Shown here: one piece after another, positions 40,647 through 49,080 of the stretch
Numbering within the stretch: the stretch's first letter is position 1
Layout: each line of letters starts with the position of its first letter
Assembly: GCA_963676795.2 (NCBI GenBank)
Contig: CAXXTB010000002.1
Location: 1,600,001-1,664,000 of the forward strand
Reading direction: 5' to 3'
Origin: Geopsychrobacteraceae bacterium
Lineage (GTDB): Bacteria > Desulfobacterota > Desulfuromonadia > Desulfuromonadales > Geopsychrobacteraceae
DNA: 64,000 nucleotides
Made by a program: the position numbers and the translations under genes
The notes under the pieces: generated by a model
The model's input: only the letters and a program-made list of their open reading frames with translations
Database searches by the model: none
Told to the model about the DNA's origin: nothing

Positions 40647-41262
40647 TTCTACACCATGGACAAGGTCTATACCGATTTCTCGCGACTTTATGCGCTACAT
40701 CAGCAAAGAGGCTTCTTCGTCATCAGGGCAAAAGATAATTTGCGTTACAGACGGATTTATTCCGCAGACAAAGACAAGTCCGCCGGGATCAAAGCAGACC
40801 AGACGATAGTCCTTGTCACTCCTAAATCGAAAAAGGACTATCCGGAAAAGCTCCGTCGGATCAGTTATGTTGACAAAGATCGAAATAAACATCTGGTCTT
40901 TTTGACCAACAATTTTGCGATTTCAGCAGCGACTGTTGCCGAAGTCTATAAACAGCGCTGGCAGGTGGAACTATTTTACAAGTGGGTCAAGCAACACCTG
41001 CGGATCAAATCGTTTCACGGGACATCGATCAACGCTGTGAAGAGCCAGATCTGGGTCGCACTGAGCATTTATCTTCTGGTTGTCATTGCGAAGAAAAAGC
41101 TCAAAATCCCATGCGAGCTCTACACTTTTTTACAGATCCTTGAGGTCAATTTGTTTGAGAAAAAGCCCATTTATTCACTGGTTGCTGATGCCCTCAAGCA
41201 AATTCAAGACCTTCCCGACAGTAACCAGCTGGATTTATTCAGCTATTAACCGGACAGTAGTG
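40647..41262 (+). mobile_element. IS4-family transposase C-terminal fragment with right terminal inverted repeat
   Basis: FYTMDKVY.DF..L, FLTNN, YKQRWQVELFYKWVKQHLRIK, SQIW; ends TTAACCGGACAGTAGTG at 41246-41262. Confidence 0.88.
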
Positions 41263-41336
41263 GTTCCAAAAACAAAAGTTTTCGGGCAACGACTCAAAAA
41301 CATTACTTCACGATCAAACATCGGACATGGGTAGCC

Positions 41337-42113
41337 TCACCCTAAATCAATATCCTTTTTATGGCGGACAAATGGATTGTGAGCTTTAGCAGAAGCCTTG
41401 ATGCGACCATTTGCATCCCAATCTCACATCGTGTTGAAATAAAGAGGTTTTGCCCTTTCTCTTTCACGCAGGCAGGATATCAGTTCTTCAGGGATTTTCT
41501 TCAGACGCTGTTCAATGATCTCATTGTCGGAATACTGTATCCCAGCTTCCACTCCGTACGCGACAAAAGGCTCCAGAACCGTATACCCAACATAGGCCAG
41601 ATTGAAATTTACTGGCCACAGCAGCAGGTCAATGTCACCGCTTCTGCCATTATAGGCATATGTTTCACGACTGGTGCCAACTGTTACCGAAAGCATTGCG
41701 TGTTTGCCTATGTATCGACCATTTTCAAATCTTTTATTGCTTTTGTACACTTCACCATAAATAAAGACACGGTCAAACCATCCTTTAAGCATGGCAGGCG
41801 GGAGATGCCACCACATCGGGTACTGTAGGATAAGCAGATCGGCGGCATCGAGAAGCGCTATTTCCTCTTTAACGTCAGGAGGAATCAGCCCATGCTCACA
41901 GGCGTACCGTTGTTCCGCCTGGACATTGAACCTGTCATGATTCATAGGATTAGCGTAATGACTAGTCCTCTCACAGGGATCAAAGCCTTTTTGGTAAAGG
42001 TCCGTAGTCGAAACAAACCACCCCTGCTGCTCCAGTTCTTTTCTGGCCACATCTGCCAAGTGATGGTTGAATGATTTGGGTTCAGGATGCGCAATGACAA
42101 TATGTGCTTTCAT
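41337..42113 (-). CDS. NAD(P)H dehydrogenase (quinone), flavodoxin-fold; in-frame TGA at 41424-41426 probably truncates the C-terminus
   Basis: AHPEPKSFN, DLY..GFDP, QYPMWW..PAMLKGWFDRVF; frame continues 28 codons past the TGA. Confidence 0.85.
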
Positions 42114-42145
42114 GAGATATCCATTCGGAAAAATTTTTTATTGGA

Positions 42146-42463
42146 TTACAAATAGTCCTTTCTTGGCGGACTGAAAACATCCAATACTTCCCCTGGATCA
42201 ATTGTTTCAATACGATGTTCGACATCGCGAGGAATAGTGTAAGAATCGCCTGGGCCTATTACCTGATAATTATTGCCGAATACAAGTCTATACTTGCCAG
42301 AGATAACATAACCGCTCTGTTCATTTGGATGTTTATGGAATGGCACATTATCTGCTTTTTTATAAAGCATCTTGGCTATCATCGATTCAGGGCCATGTGA
42401 TAACAACAAGAAATCAACCCCAAGAAATTGCCTGTTTTTCGAGTCATCTGATTTGACGATCAT
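42146..42463 (-). CDS. Cupin domain protein
   Basis: HKHPNEQSGYVISG, GDSY.IP.DVEH, DVFSPPRKDYL; AAGGAG RBS. Confidence 0.9.
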   Translation of the reverse strand: MIVKSDDSKNRQFLGVDFLLLSHGPESMIAKMLYKKADNVPFHKHPNEQSGYVISGKYRLVFGNNYQVIGPGDSYTIPRDVEHRIETIDPGEVLDVFSPPRKDYL

Positions 42464-42525
42464 ATCGTCTCCTTTTGTGAGCACAGAATAAATTTATGTT
42501 AATTGGCAGCGATTTCGGTGAATGG

Positions 42526-43497
42526 TCATCTCTGCTCGTCTGCCAAACGGTTCTCGGGTTTCATGCCTTGGCAATCCGCCTTATGTGGAAAGGCAATTTG
42601 AGCAAACCACTGCCATCCGCTGACAAGGGCGATGCCCGCAAGCACTAAGGTCGCGCCAAGGATAAATTTCGGTTCCACGGGCTCACCCAGCAGCACTACT
42701 CCGAAAACGATGCCGAAAACCGGTGTAAGGAAAGAAAGAGCACCCAACTGGGAAGCCGGGTAGACGGTGAGCAGCCAGAACCAGAGCAGCATGCCGACCA
42801 CGCAGACGATCAGAATTTGGAAAACCAGACTGGCCACGACAATGTTCGTTATAGACAAATTGAATTGGCCGGTGAGCGCTGCTCCTGGAAGCAAAATGCA
42901 GAAACAGGTAAGAAGTTGGATGAATGCTGTCTGGGTAGCAGGAATTTTATATAATTTTATCCGAATGACTACGGTTGTGGCTCCCCATGATATACCTGCC
43001 AGCAATCCCATAAAATCGCCGAAAAGCATTGATCCAGACGAGATCGCAAGAGGATCACCCTTATCATAAAACGCTACGGCGACGCCGCAAAAAGCCAAGG
43101 CCATGCCACCCCATTGCATTGGCAGCAGACGCTCTTCCGGTATGAGAAAATGCAGTCCGAGCGCGGCGAAAGCTGGAGCTGTGTAGAGCATGGTGACCAT
43201 ATGTGAGGCATTGGTAAACCGTAGTCCTTCCGCAACAAAAAGGTATTCCAACGTAAACAATAATCCTGCGGCAAGCCCCGGAAGCCATTTGCCATTGCCG
43301 GGCAGAAGCGGCAAATCTTTCATGCGCATGTAAAAGCCGATTATAAGAGATGCTATACCGGACCGTATCGCTATTTGCAGAACAGGAGCCATATCAGGCG
43401 CTGCCGCCTTGACAGCTATCTGCTGCATTCCCAAAATAGCGCAAAAAAAGATCATGAGGCCTACAGCCTTTCCATCCAACACCTTACGAATACTCAT
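42526..43497 (-). CDS. DMT/EamA family transporter
   Basis: Ten hydrophobic helices, R..IA, GL.FT.AS, LTPVFG..FG..LLGE. Confidence 0.92.
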   Translation of the reverse strand: MSIRKVLDGKAVGLMIFFCAILGMQQIAVKAAAPDMAPVLQIAIRSGIASLIIGFYMRMKDLPLLPGNGKWLPGLAAGLLFTLEYLFVAEGLRFTNASHMVTMLYTAPAFAALGLHFLIPEERLLPMQWGGMALAFCGVAVAFYDKGDPLAISSGSMLFGDFMGLLAGISWGATTVVIRIKLYKIPATQTAFIQLLTCFCILLPGAALTGQFNLSITNIVVASLVFQILIVCVVGMLLWFWLLTVYPASQLGALSFLTPVFGIVFGVVLLGEPVEPKFILGATLVLAGIALVSGWQWFAQIAFPHKADCQGMKPENRLADEQR

Positions 43498-43587
43498 TCC
43501 TTGTACCTCCGAATGCGATAACTTTACAAAAGTCAGAAAAAAAGTATATAATGATTTTCAGACATCAAGTGTTGAACAGGAGACACA

Positions 43588-44358
43588 ATGAAGCATTCTC
43601 TGCAAGTGCCATTCACTGAGACTCTTCCTGTACCGCTGTTTCTTCGCACCACTCTTATGCCAAATGATGCGATATTTCCGTCGCATATCCATTCGTGGGG
43701 GGAGTTCGTGTACTCCCATAACGGTGTGGTTCAGGTTATGGTTGAGCAAGAGCGGTATCTCGTACCACCGCAATACGGGATTTGGCTTCCCCCGAATATG
43801 CAGCATTTGGGATTGAATCGCCGGGAAGTATTGCAATCGTCCTTGTATGTTGCGAGCGAGCTATGCGGTGCGTTGCCGACAAAGCCGCAGGCTCTGATGA
43901 TGTCGCCTTTTATGCGATCACTTTTAGATCACGCTCGTGAAAGAGCCTTGGACTATAAAAGCCCAAGACACTTACGTCTACTCACTGTTTTTTTGGATGA
44001 ACTAGCGGAAACACCGCGAACCGGGACGTTTCTTCCGGCTTCTGAGGATGCAGTTTTGGCGGAAATCCTCCATTATCTGGAAAGCCATCCGGAAGATAAC
44101 CGTTCTGTCGCTGAATTGGCCCACGAAGCCAAAATAACGGAGAGAACACTTGCAAGGAAATGCAGGCAGGATTTGGGTTTACCGCTCACGGAGTGGCGAA
44201 ACCGCATGCGTATTGTTAACGCGATAGCGATGATCAAAGAAGGCAAGAGTGTTGAATCCATTGCATCAGAATTCGGTTATTCCAGTGCATCTGCTTTTAT
44301 CGCGATGTTTAAAAAGCTGACAGGAGTAACACCCGCAAGTTACCGCGAAAGATTCTAA
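43588..44358 (+). CDS. AraC family transcriptional regulator (cupin + HTH), divergent from DMT gene
   Basis: HIHSWGEFVYS, VPPQYGIWLPP, ERTLARKC, GYSSASAFIAMFKK.TG.TP. Confidence 0.94.
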   Translation: MKHSLQVPFTETLPVPLFLRTTLMPNDAIFPSHIHSWGEFVYSHNGVVQVMVEQERYLVPPQYGIWLPPNMQHLGLNRREVLQSSLYVASELCGALPTKPQALMMSPFMRSLLDHARERALDYKSPRHLRLLTVFLDELAETPRTGTFLPASEDAVLAEILHYLESHPEDNRSVAELAHEAKITERTLARKCRQDLGLPLTEWRNRMRIVNAIAMIKEGKSVESIASEFGYSSASAFIAMFKKLTGVTPASYRERF

Positions 44359-44554
44359 TGAAATCATTATAGTGCTATTTTGAAACACAGAATTGTATTT
44401 CTATTTCAACAGATTCGCAGTGGCAAACCTAAACGCAATTGCGCACGAGGTGTTTGAGGCTCTTCCTGAGCCAATCAGAACCTCCTATCAGCCATTCCGC
44501 AGCATGGTGTATACTTCAGTTAGGGCATATTCCTCCAACACCCCCTACCCAGGA

Positions 44555-44899
44555 GGTTTCTGTTTCGGTGGCTATGTCGTCAATATGCTGGCGGCGACCA
44601 TTCCAGAAAAGCTTGACGCCGGAGTCCCGTTTTACGGCACCCCTGCCACGGAATCGTTGCGAGGCAAGGTCAAAGGTCCGTTACTGATCCATTTTGCTGA
44701 ACTGGACAGCCGCGTCAACGCAAGCTGGCCGGATTATGAAAGCGTACTGAAAACCAACAATGTCCCGTACGAGGCGTTTGTTTATCCTGGTGTCAATCAC
44801 GGTTTTCATAACGATTCTACCGAAAGATACGATGAAGCAACAGCCGAACTGGCCTGGAAGCGAACTCTGGATTTTTTCAAAAAGCAATTAAACGGCTGA
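44555..44899 (+). pseudogene. Dienelactone hydrolase (YghX-like), C-terminal fragment
   Basis: GFCFGG nucleophile motif, AGVPFYG, D.RVN, HGFHNDSTERYD; upstream part of ORF 44393 is not homologous. Confidence 0.88.
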
Positions 44900-44907
44900 G
44901 GCTATAG

Positions 44908-44943
44908 GATCTGGCACTAGATAATTTTATCTAGTGCCAGATC
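44908..44943. terminator. 36-bp near-perfect palindrome between convergent genes
   Basis: GATCTGGCACTAGATAA-TT-TTATCTAGTGCCAGATC. Confidence 0.65.
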
Positions 44944-44950
44944 AATCCAG

Positions 44951-46870
44951 TTAAATCTTACGTGTACTGTGCAACTGTTCAGAAATCGCGTTAGCCGTCT
45001 CTTTCAGTTGGGTAATATATTCGGCGCTCCACTCATCGCCTAAACGATAAGACGGGACGACGATGACGACCGCGGCAACAGGTTCATTCTTGTGGTTAAA
45101 AATCGGCGCGCCGATAGCTCTTACTTCTTCAATATATTCACCAAAGTCATAGGCTACGCCAGTCTCCCTGATCTCAGCAAAGCGTTTACGGAGCAGGTCT
45201 GGATCAGTTTCGGTGTTCTTTGTGTAAGCCGTCAGCTCCTGCCCCAACCAGTAGTCAATGACATCGGGCTGACTGAATGCGATAACAGCTTTGGCCCCGG
45301 CATGAGCGTGCGGCATGACTTTGTCACCGATCTCGATTTTCAGGCCAATCGGTTCTTTGGAATCCGCCAGATAAGCCAGATAGCAGTTGTTACCTGACAT
45401 GACCTCGATATGGATCCGTTCACTGATCTTATCCCTCAATGAAACAGCGAATGGAGCGGCAAGCGAAGTGACAGCCCCTTCCAGGGATTTGAAAACCGAA
45501 CGGGCCATTTCAACCATGGCCGGCCCGAAGCGGTACTCGCGGGTTTTCGGATCCTGTTCAAGAAAACCGTTCTTGTTCAGGGTGGTCAGCACGCGACCGA
45601 TTGTCGCCTTGTTGGTATCAAGTCTGGTCGCCAGTACATCAGCACTCAAAGCGACATCCCCTTCAGCGAAACACTTGAAGACCATGGTTGCAAAGGTCAC
45701 CATGTTGCCATGATCCCAGGATTCGGCCAGGGACGCCGGTTGGACGTTTTTCTTGTAAGCGGTCAGGACCTTCCTGACGATTTCCGGGTCGACCGAAACC
45801 TGCCAGTCTCCATCCGGGTTAAGGCACTGGCCAAGTTTCTCGAGCATGACGTATTTGACACCTTTGACGGTCTTTTTATTGTCGGCCAGGATTGTCGACA
45901 TGATATTATCGACAGTGATGTACTCGGGAATATGCAGGTCAAGCCCGAGTTTCTTGCCGAAATAGTAGTAATGCTTGTCAACTTCCTCGCGGGTCAGGTA
46001 ACCCAGTTCATGGGACAGTTCGGCAGCAATGCACATCCCCTTGGCAACCGCGACACCATGCGGGATCTGGCCGTCGGAGAAAAACTCCATGGCATGACCG
46101 AAGGTATGACCATACTCGAGGGCCATGCCAAACCCCTTCTCGCTCGGGTCGGCGGCAAGAATCTTCAGTTTGGACTGAATGATCCGGTAGGCCAGTTCGG
46201 TCAGGGTCTGATCATCCAGGTTATCCAGATCCTTATCGAGAACGGTCTCATAGAAATCGAGCAGTTCAACCTCGTTGATCAGGGCATTTTTGATCCCTTC
46301 AGCAATGGCCGATTTTCTGCCGATCAAACTTTCACTGCGTAGGTACTTGGTGTCACCGAAAATAAAGATCGGTGCGTAATAGATACCGTACTGGTTCTTC
46401 CCCTGCTTGCCGTTGACGGCCTGCTTGTTACTCAGGGTACTATCAGTGATCCCCATATAGGTGGTTGGCATCTCGACATAGCGGATGCCGCGATAGATCA
46501 TCCCGGCAGCGAGACCGACGATATTGGTCAGACAGCCACCGCCGAAGCCAACAATGATCGATCCCTTGGTGATGCCACGGGCAACCAGTTCTTCACAGAG
46601 GTATTCAAGGTTGCTGAAGGTTTTATCGTTTTCAGAATCTTTGATTGTGACCGTTTCATAAATAATATTGTTTTTTTCGAACAGGGAGAGGATTTCCAGT
46701 CCGTAAAGATCGAGAAGCAGTGGATTGGTCACAAAGTAAACCCGGTCAAACACATATTGCTTCAGCAGCGGACTCAATTCGTGAATGATGTCATTGCCGA
46801 AATAATAGGTTGGATCGGGGACAAGGTGGGTTTTAAAACTGACCATTTTTTTAGGTTCAAAAGACTCCAT
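44951..46870 (-). CDS. 2-deoxy-scyllo-inosose synthase-like sugar-phosphate cyclase fused to C-terminal IclR-family regulator
   Basis: aa ~1-375: GGGCLTNIVG, PTT, DSTLSNKQAVN..GKN, EGIKN, EYGHTFGH, PHG; aa ~385-639: IclR HTH (TNKATIGRVLTTL..GFLEQD..YRFG) and effector domain (HAHAGAKA, GVAYD.GE, AIGAPIF). Confidence 0.85.
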   Translation of the reverse strand: MESFEPKKMVSFKTHLVPDPTYYFGNDIIHELSPLLKQYVFDRVYFVTNPLLLDLYGLEILSLFEKNNIIYETVTIKDSENDKTFSNLEYLCEELVARGITKGSIIVGFGGGCLTNIVGLAAGMIYRGIRYVEMPTTYMGITDSTLSNKQAVNGKQGKNQYGIYYAPIFIFGDTKYLRSESLIGRKSAIAEGIKNALINEVELLDFYETVLDKDLDNLDDQTLTELAYRIIQSKLKILAADPSEKGFGMALEYGHTFGHAMEFFSDGQIPHGVAVAKGMCIAAELSHELGYLTREEVDKHYYYFGKKLGLDLHIPEYITVDNIMSTILADNKKTVKGVKYVMLEKLGQCLNPDGDWQVSVDPEIVRKVLTAYKKNVQPASLAESWDHGNMVTFATMVFKCFAEGDVALSADVLATRLDTNKATIGRVLTTLNKNGFLEQDPKTREYRFGPAMVEMARSVFKSLEGAVTSLAAPFAVSLRDKISERIHIEVMSGNNCYLAYLADSKEPIGLKIEIGDKVMPHAHAGAKAVIAFSQPDVIDYWLGQELTAYTKNTETDPDLLRKRFAEIRETGVAYDFGEYIEEVRAIGAPIFNHKNEPVAAVVIVVPSYRLGDEWSAEYITQLKETANAISEQLHSTRKI

Positions 46871-46947
46871 TGAACTTTTTCCCTTTCTTGGCAGGACCAG
46901 TTAATATTTACATGTCTGACAGCATATCCACTTTGAGAATATGAGGC

Positions 46948-48263
46948 GATAAAGCAACATTTTTTCTGTAAAAGTGGTTTCCTCTTGGGCTCTCTATTGA
47001 TCTTTGAACGTTAAATAATTTCTGCCCGTTTCCCACTCTTCTGATATTTCCATCAAAACGGCACTGACGAGCCTTAAGCAGGAGTCTTCGTTGGGAAACA
47101 GGGTTGCAACTCTGGTACGACGCAGGATCTCTTTGTTGACACGTTCCAGAACATTGCTGGTTCTGATTCTCTTCCTGTGTTCCTCTGGAAACTGGAGAAT
47201 CGTCAGGCCTTCTTCAAGGTTTTGTTCTGCCCATTTGGTTAATTGGGGGGCCGATGATCCATAACGTTCAACAAACAGCCCCAGTTGTCTTTTCGCTTCT
47301 GCTTCATCGGGTGCCTGCAAGATATTCCTGATAGCGGACGCAACCCCTTTCTTCATCTCCTTCTTTGGCACGTAGGCCTGGGCATTTTGCTGGAGATGAA
47401 ACTGGCAGCGTTGCCAGGGGACACTGGGAAAGACTGCCTTGCGGGCGGCCTTGAGCCCCTCATGGGCATCACTGATAAACAGCTTTACCCCGTGTAATTT
47501 ACGCTCTTGCAAGCTGCGTAGAAAGTCTCGCCAATGGGCTTCCTGCTCTGACAGAGCTACGGAGGTTCCCAGAATCTGACGTTTGCCATCCTCGGAGACA
47601 CCGATGGCCACCAGAACGGCAACATCGATCACTGAGCCGTTATGCCGTACCTTTTCATAGCGAGCGTCGAGATAGACGTAGGGAAACGCGCCAAGGGGAC
47701 GTTTACGCCATTGGTCAAGAATATCGTCGAGCTCCTTTGCTGCACGGCTCACCTGGCTCGATGTGACCTCGCAGCCACACAGCTGCTCTGTAATTTTAGC
47801 AACCTTGCGAGTCGAAACGCCCTGAACATACATCTCAGCCAAGGCCACCTTCAGGGCCCGCTCCGAACGTAATCCATTCTCCAGGCTAGAGGGATAAAAG
47901 CTGCTATCCCGAACTTGGAGAACATCAACGTCAAGAGAGCCAACTCGAGTCTGAACGGTCTTTGGCTTATACCCGTTAGCATGGCCGCGACGGGCATTGC
48001 TGCGCTCGTAGGGACCAACACCAAGATGGTGCTGGCGTTCAAGGCGCATAGCCTCATTGATAACTCTGCGGATCGCCTCTCCGAGAGCATCGAAGCCATC
48101 ATCAGCTAATAGTTTTACAACATCCTCAATCGCGTTATAATCTGCCGGACGGGTCATGGTTTCTTTCCTCTCTGGTTGGGTTTGGCGATTCACCAAAGAG
48201 GATAACCGTGGCCCGTCTCTTTGTCAGGCCGAATGAAATTTACAGAAACAATGATGCACTAAC
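46948..48263 (-). mobile_element. IS256-family insertion sequence (~1316 bp)
   Basis: Terminal IRs GATAAAGCAACATTTTTTCTGTAAA / GTTAGTGCATCATTGTTTCTGTAAA (20/25 match) enclosing transposase; no target duplication seen. Confidence 0.9.
46994..48157 (-). CDS. IS256 transposase (Mutator-like DDE)
   Basis: EMYVQGVSTRKV, YVYLDA.YEKVR, ISDAHEGL, WQRCQFH, RTSN.LERVNKEI.RRTRV. Confidence 0.95.
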   Translation of the reverse strand: MTRPADYNAIEDVVKLLADDGFDALGEAIRRVINEAMRLERQHHLGVGPYERSNARRGHANGYKPKTVQTRVGSLDVDVLQVRDSSFYPSSLENGLRSERALKVALAEMYVQGVSTRKVAKITEQLCGCEVTSSQVSRAAKELDDILDQWRKRPLGAFPYVYLDARYEKVRHNGSVIDVAVLVAIGVSEDGKRQILGTSVALSEQEAHWRDFLRSLQERKLHGVKLFISDAHEGLKAARKAVFPSVPWQRCQFHLQQNAQAYVPKKEMKKGVASAIRNILQAPDEAEAKRQLGLFVERYGSSAPQLTKWAEQNLEEGLTILQFPEEHRKRIRTSNVLERVNKEILRRTRVATLFPNEDSCLRLVSAVLMEISEEWETGRNYLTFKDQ

Positions 48264-48428
48264 ATATTATACCCGACCTCGGAGTTAACCTCACTGAGTT
48301 ATGCTTAAATTTGAGAAACATCCAAACAGAACAAGCGTATTCCAATAATCTGGACAGCTACGAATATATACAAGGAGATCTGGCAATAAGCGGATCTCCT
48401 TGTTGTCATTCTTCCCTCACAGAAAAGA

Positions 48429-48453
48429 AAAAGCCCTCACCAAAGAGGGCTTT
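48429..48453 (-). terminator. Intrinsic terminator after small protein gene
   Basis: AAAGCCCTC-ACCAAA-GAGGGCTTT with A-tract upstream (U-tract on minus strand). Confidence 0.7.
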
Positions 48454-48485
48454 GCATTAAAGAATTTTCTGGAATCAATATAAAA

Positions 48486-48677
48486 CTAGACCGCTACCAG
48501 GCTGACCCCTAATTTACGTTCAAGCATCTGAATTTTTTTGACCTTGTCTTCTGAGATATCAGCAGGTTCACCCTCATGACATGAATATGCCAGAAGCGTT
48601 GCACCCAATTCAGCTTCAAGAGAATTGATTAAAGACAAGTCTTCCTTGCTAAGATTGGTTGACAGACTGCAGAACAT
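48486..48677 (-). CDS. Small hypothetical protein with internal two-fold repeat
   Basis: 63 aa; AAGGAGG RBS; LSKEDLSLINSLEAELGATLLA vs ISEDKVKKIQMLERKLGVSLVA. Confidence 0.75.
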   Translation of the reverse strand: MFCSLSTNLSKEDLSLINSLEAELGATLLAYSCHEGEPADISEDKVKKIQMLERKLGVSLVAV

Positions 48678-49080
48678 AACGCTACCTCCTTGTCAGTTGA
48701 AAAACAGCCTCTTTTCGAGGCTACAATTTTACCACAACAACAGCGCTGTGCAATTTGCGCAAAACAGAACCGTTCTGCACATAATGTGGCTACATGAGAT
48801 AAAGGCTCTTGTTCCGCAGGACCATTAATTTGCTCGCGGGATCAAGATCCCAAAGTGAGGAATAGCGCAATCAATGTGTTGGTTCGGCATTTCAATGACC
48901 CTCAATATGATCGGCTCCAACCGGGCTTGGATAAAGAGAAATGAATGAATGGCAGAAAATACACTTTGCGGATACCGCTTAAGCAGGGAGTTCCATATTC
49001 TTCTCAGACCCTCCACTCAAGAACAATAATTTGTCTTCAGGAGGAGGGATAAACAATTTGTGGTTAAGCAAGACATCTGT

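Noticed and set aside
44393..44554. N-terminal part of the 168-aa ORF
   Set aside because: Not homologous to the hydrolase; open frame through insertion-end DNA
44951..46870. Plain 3-dehydroquinate synthase (aroB)
   Set aside because: Diagnostic positions (N for D, KQAVN, EYGHT) fit the DOI-synthase subfamily better, and there is no shikimate gene context
48264..48310. Second dif-like half sites (TTATACCCGAC; TTATGCTTAAAT) beyond the IS256
   Set aside because: No intact 11-6-11 architecture; AT-rich chance matches cannot be excluded
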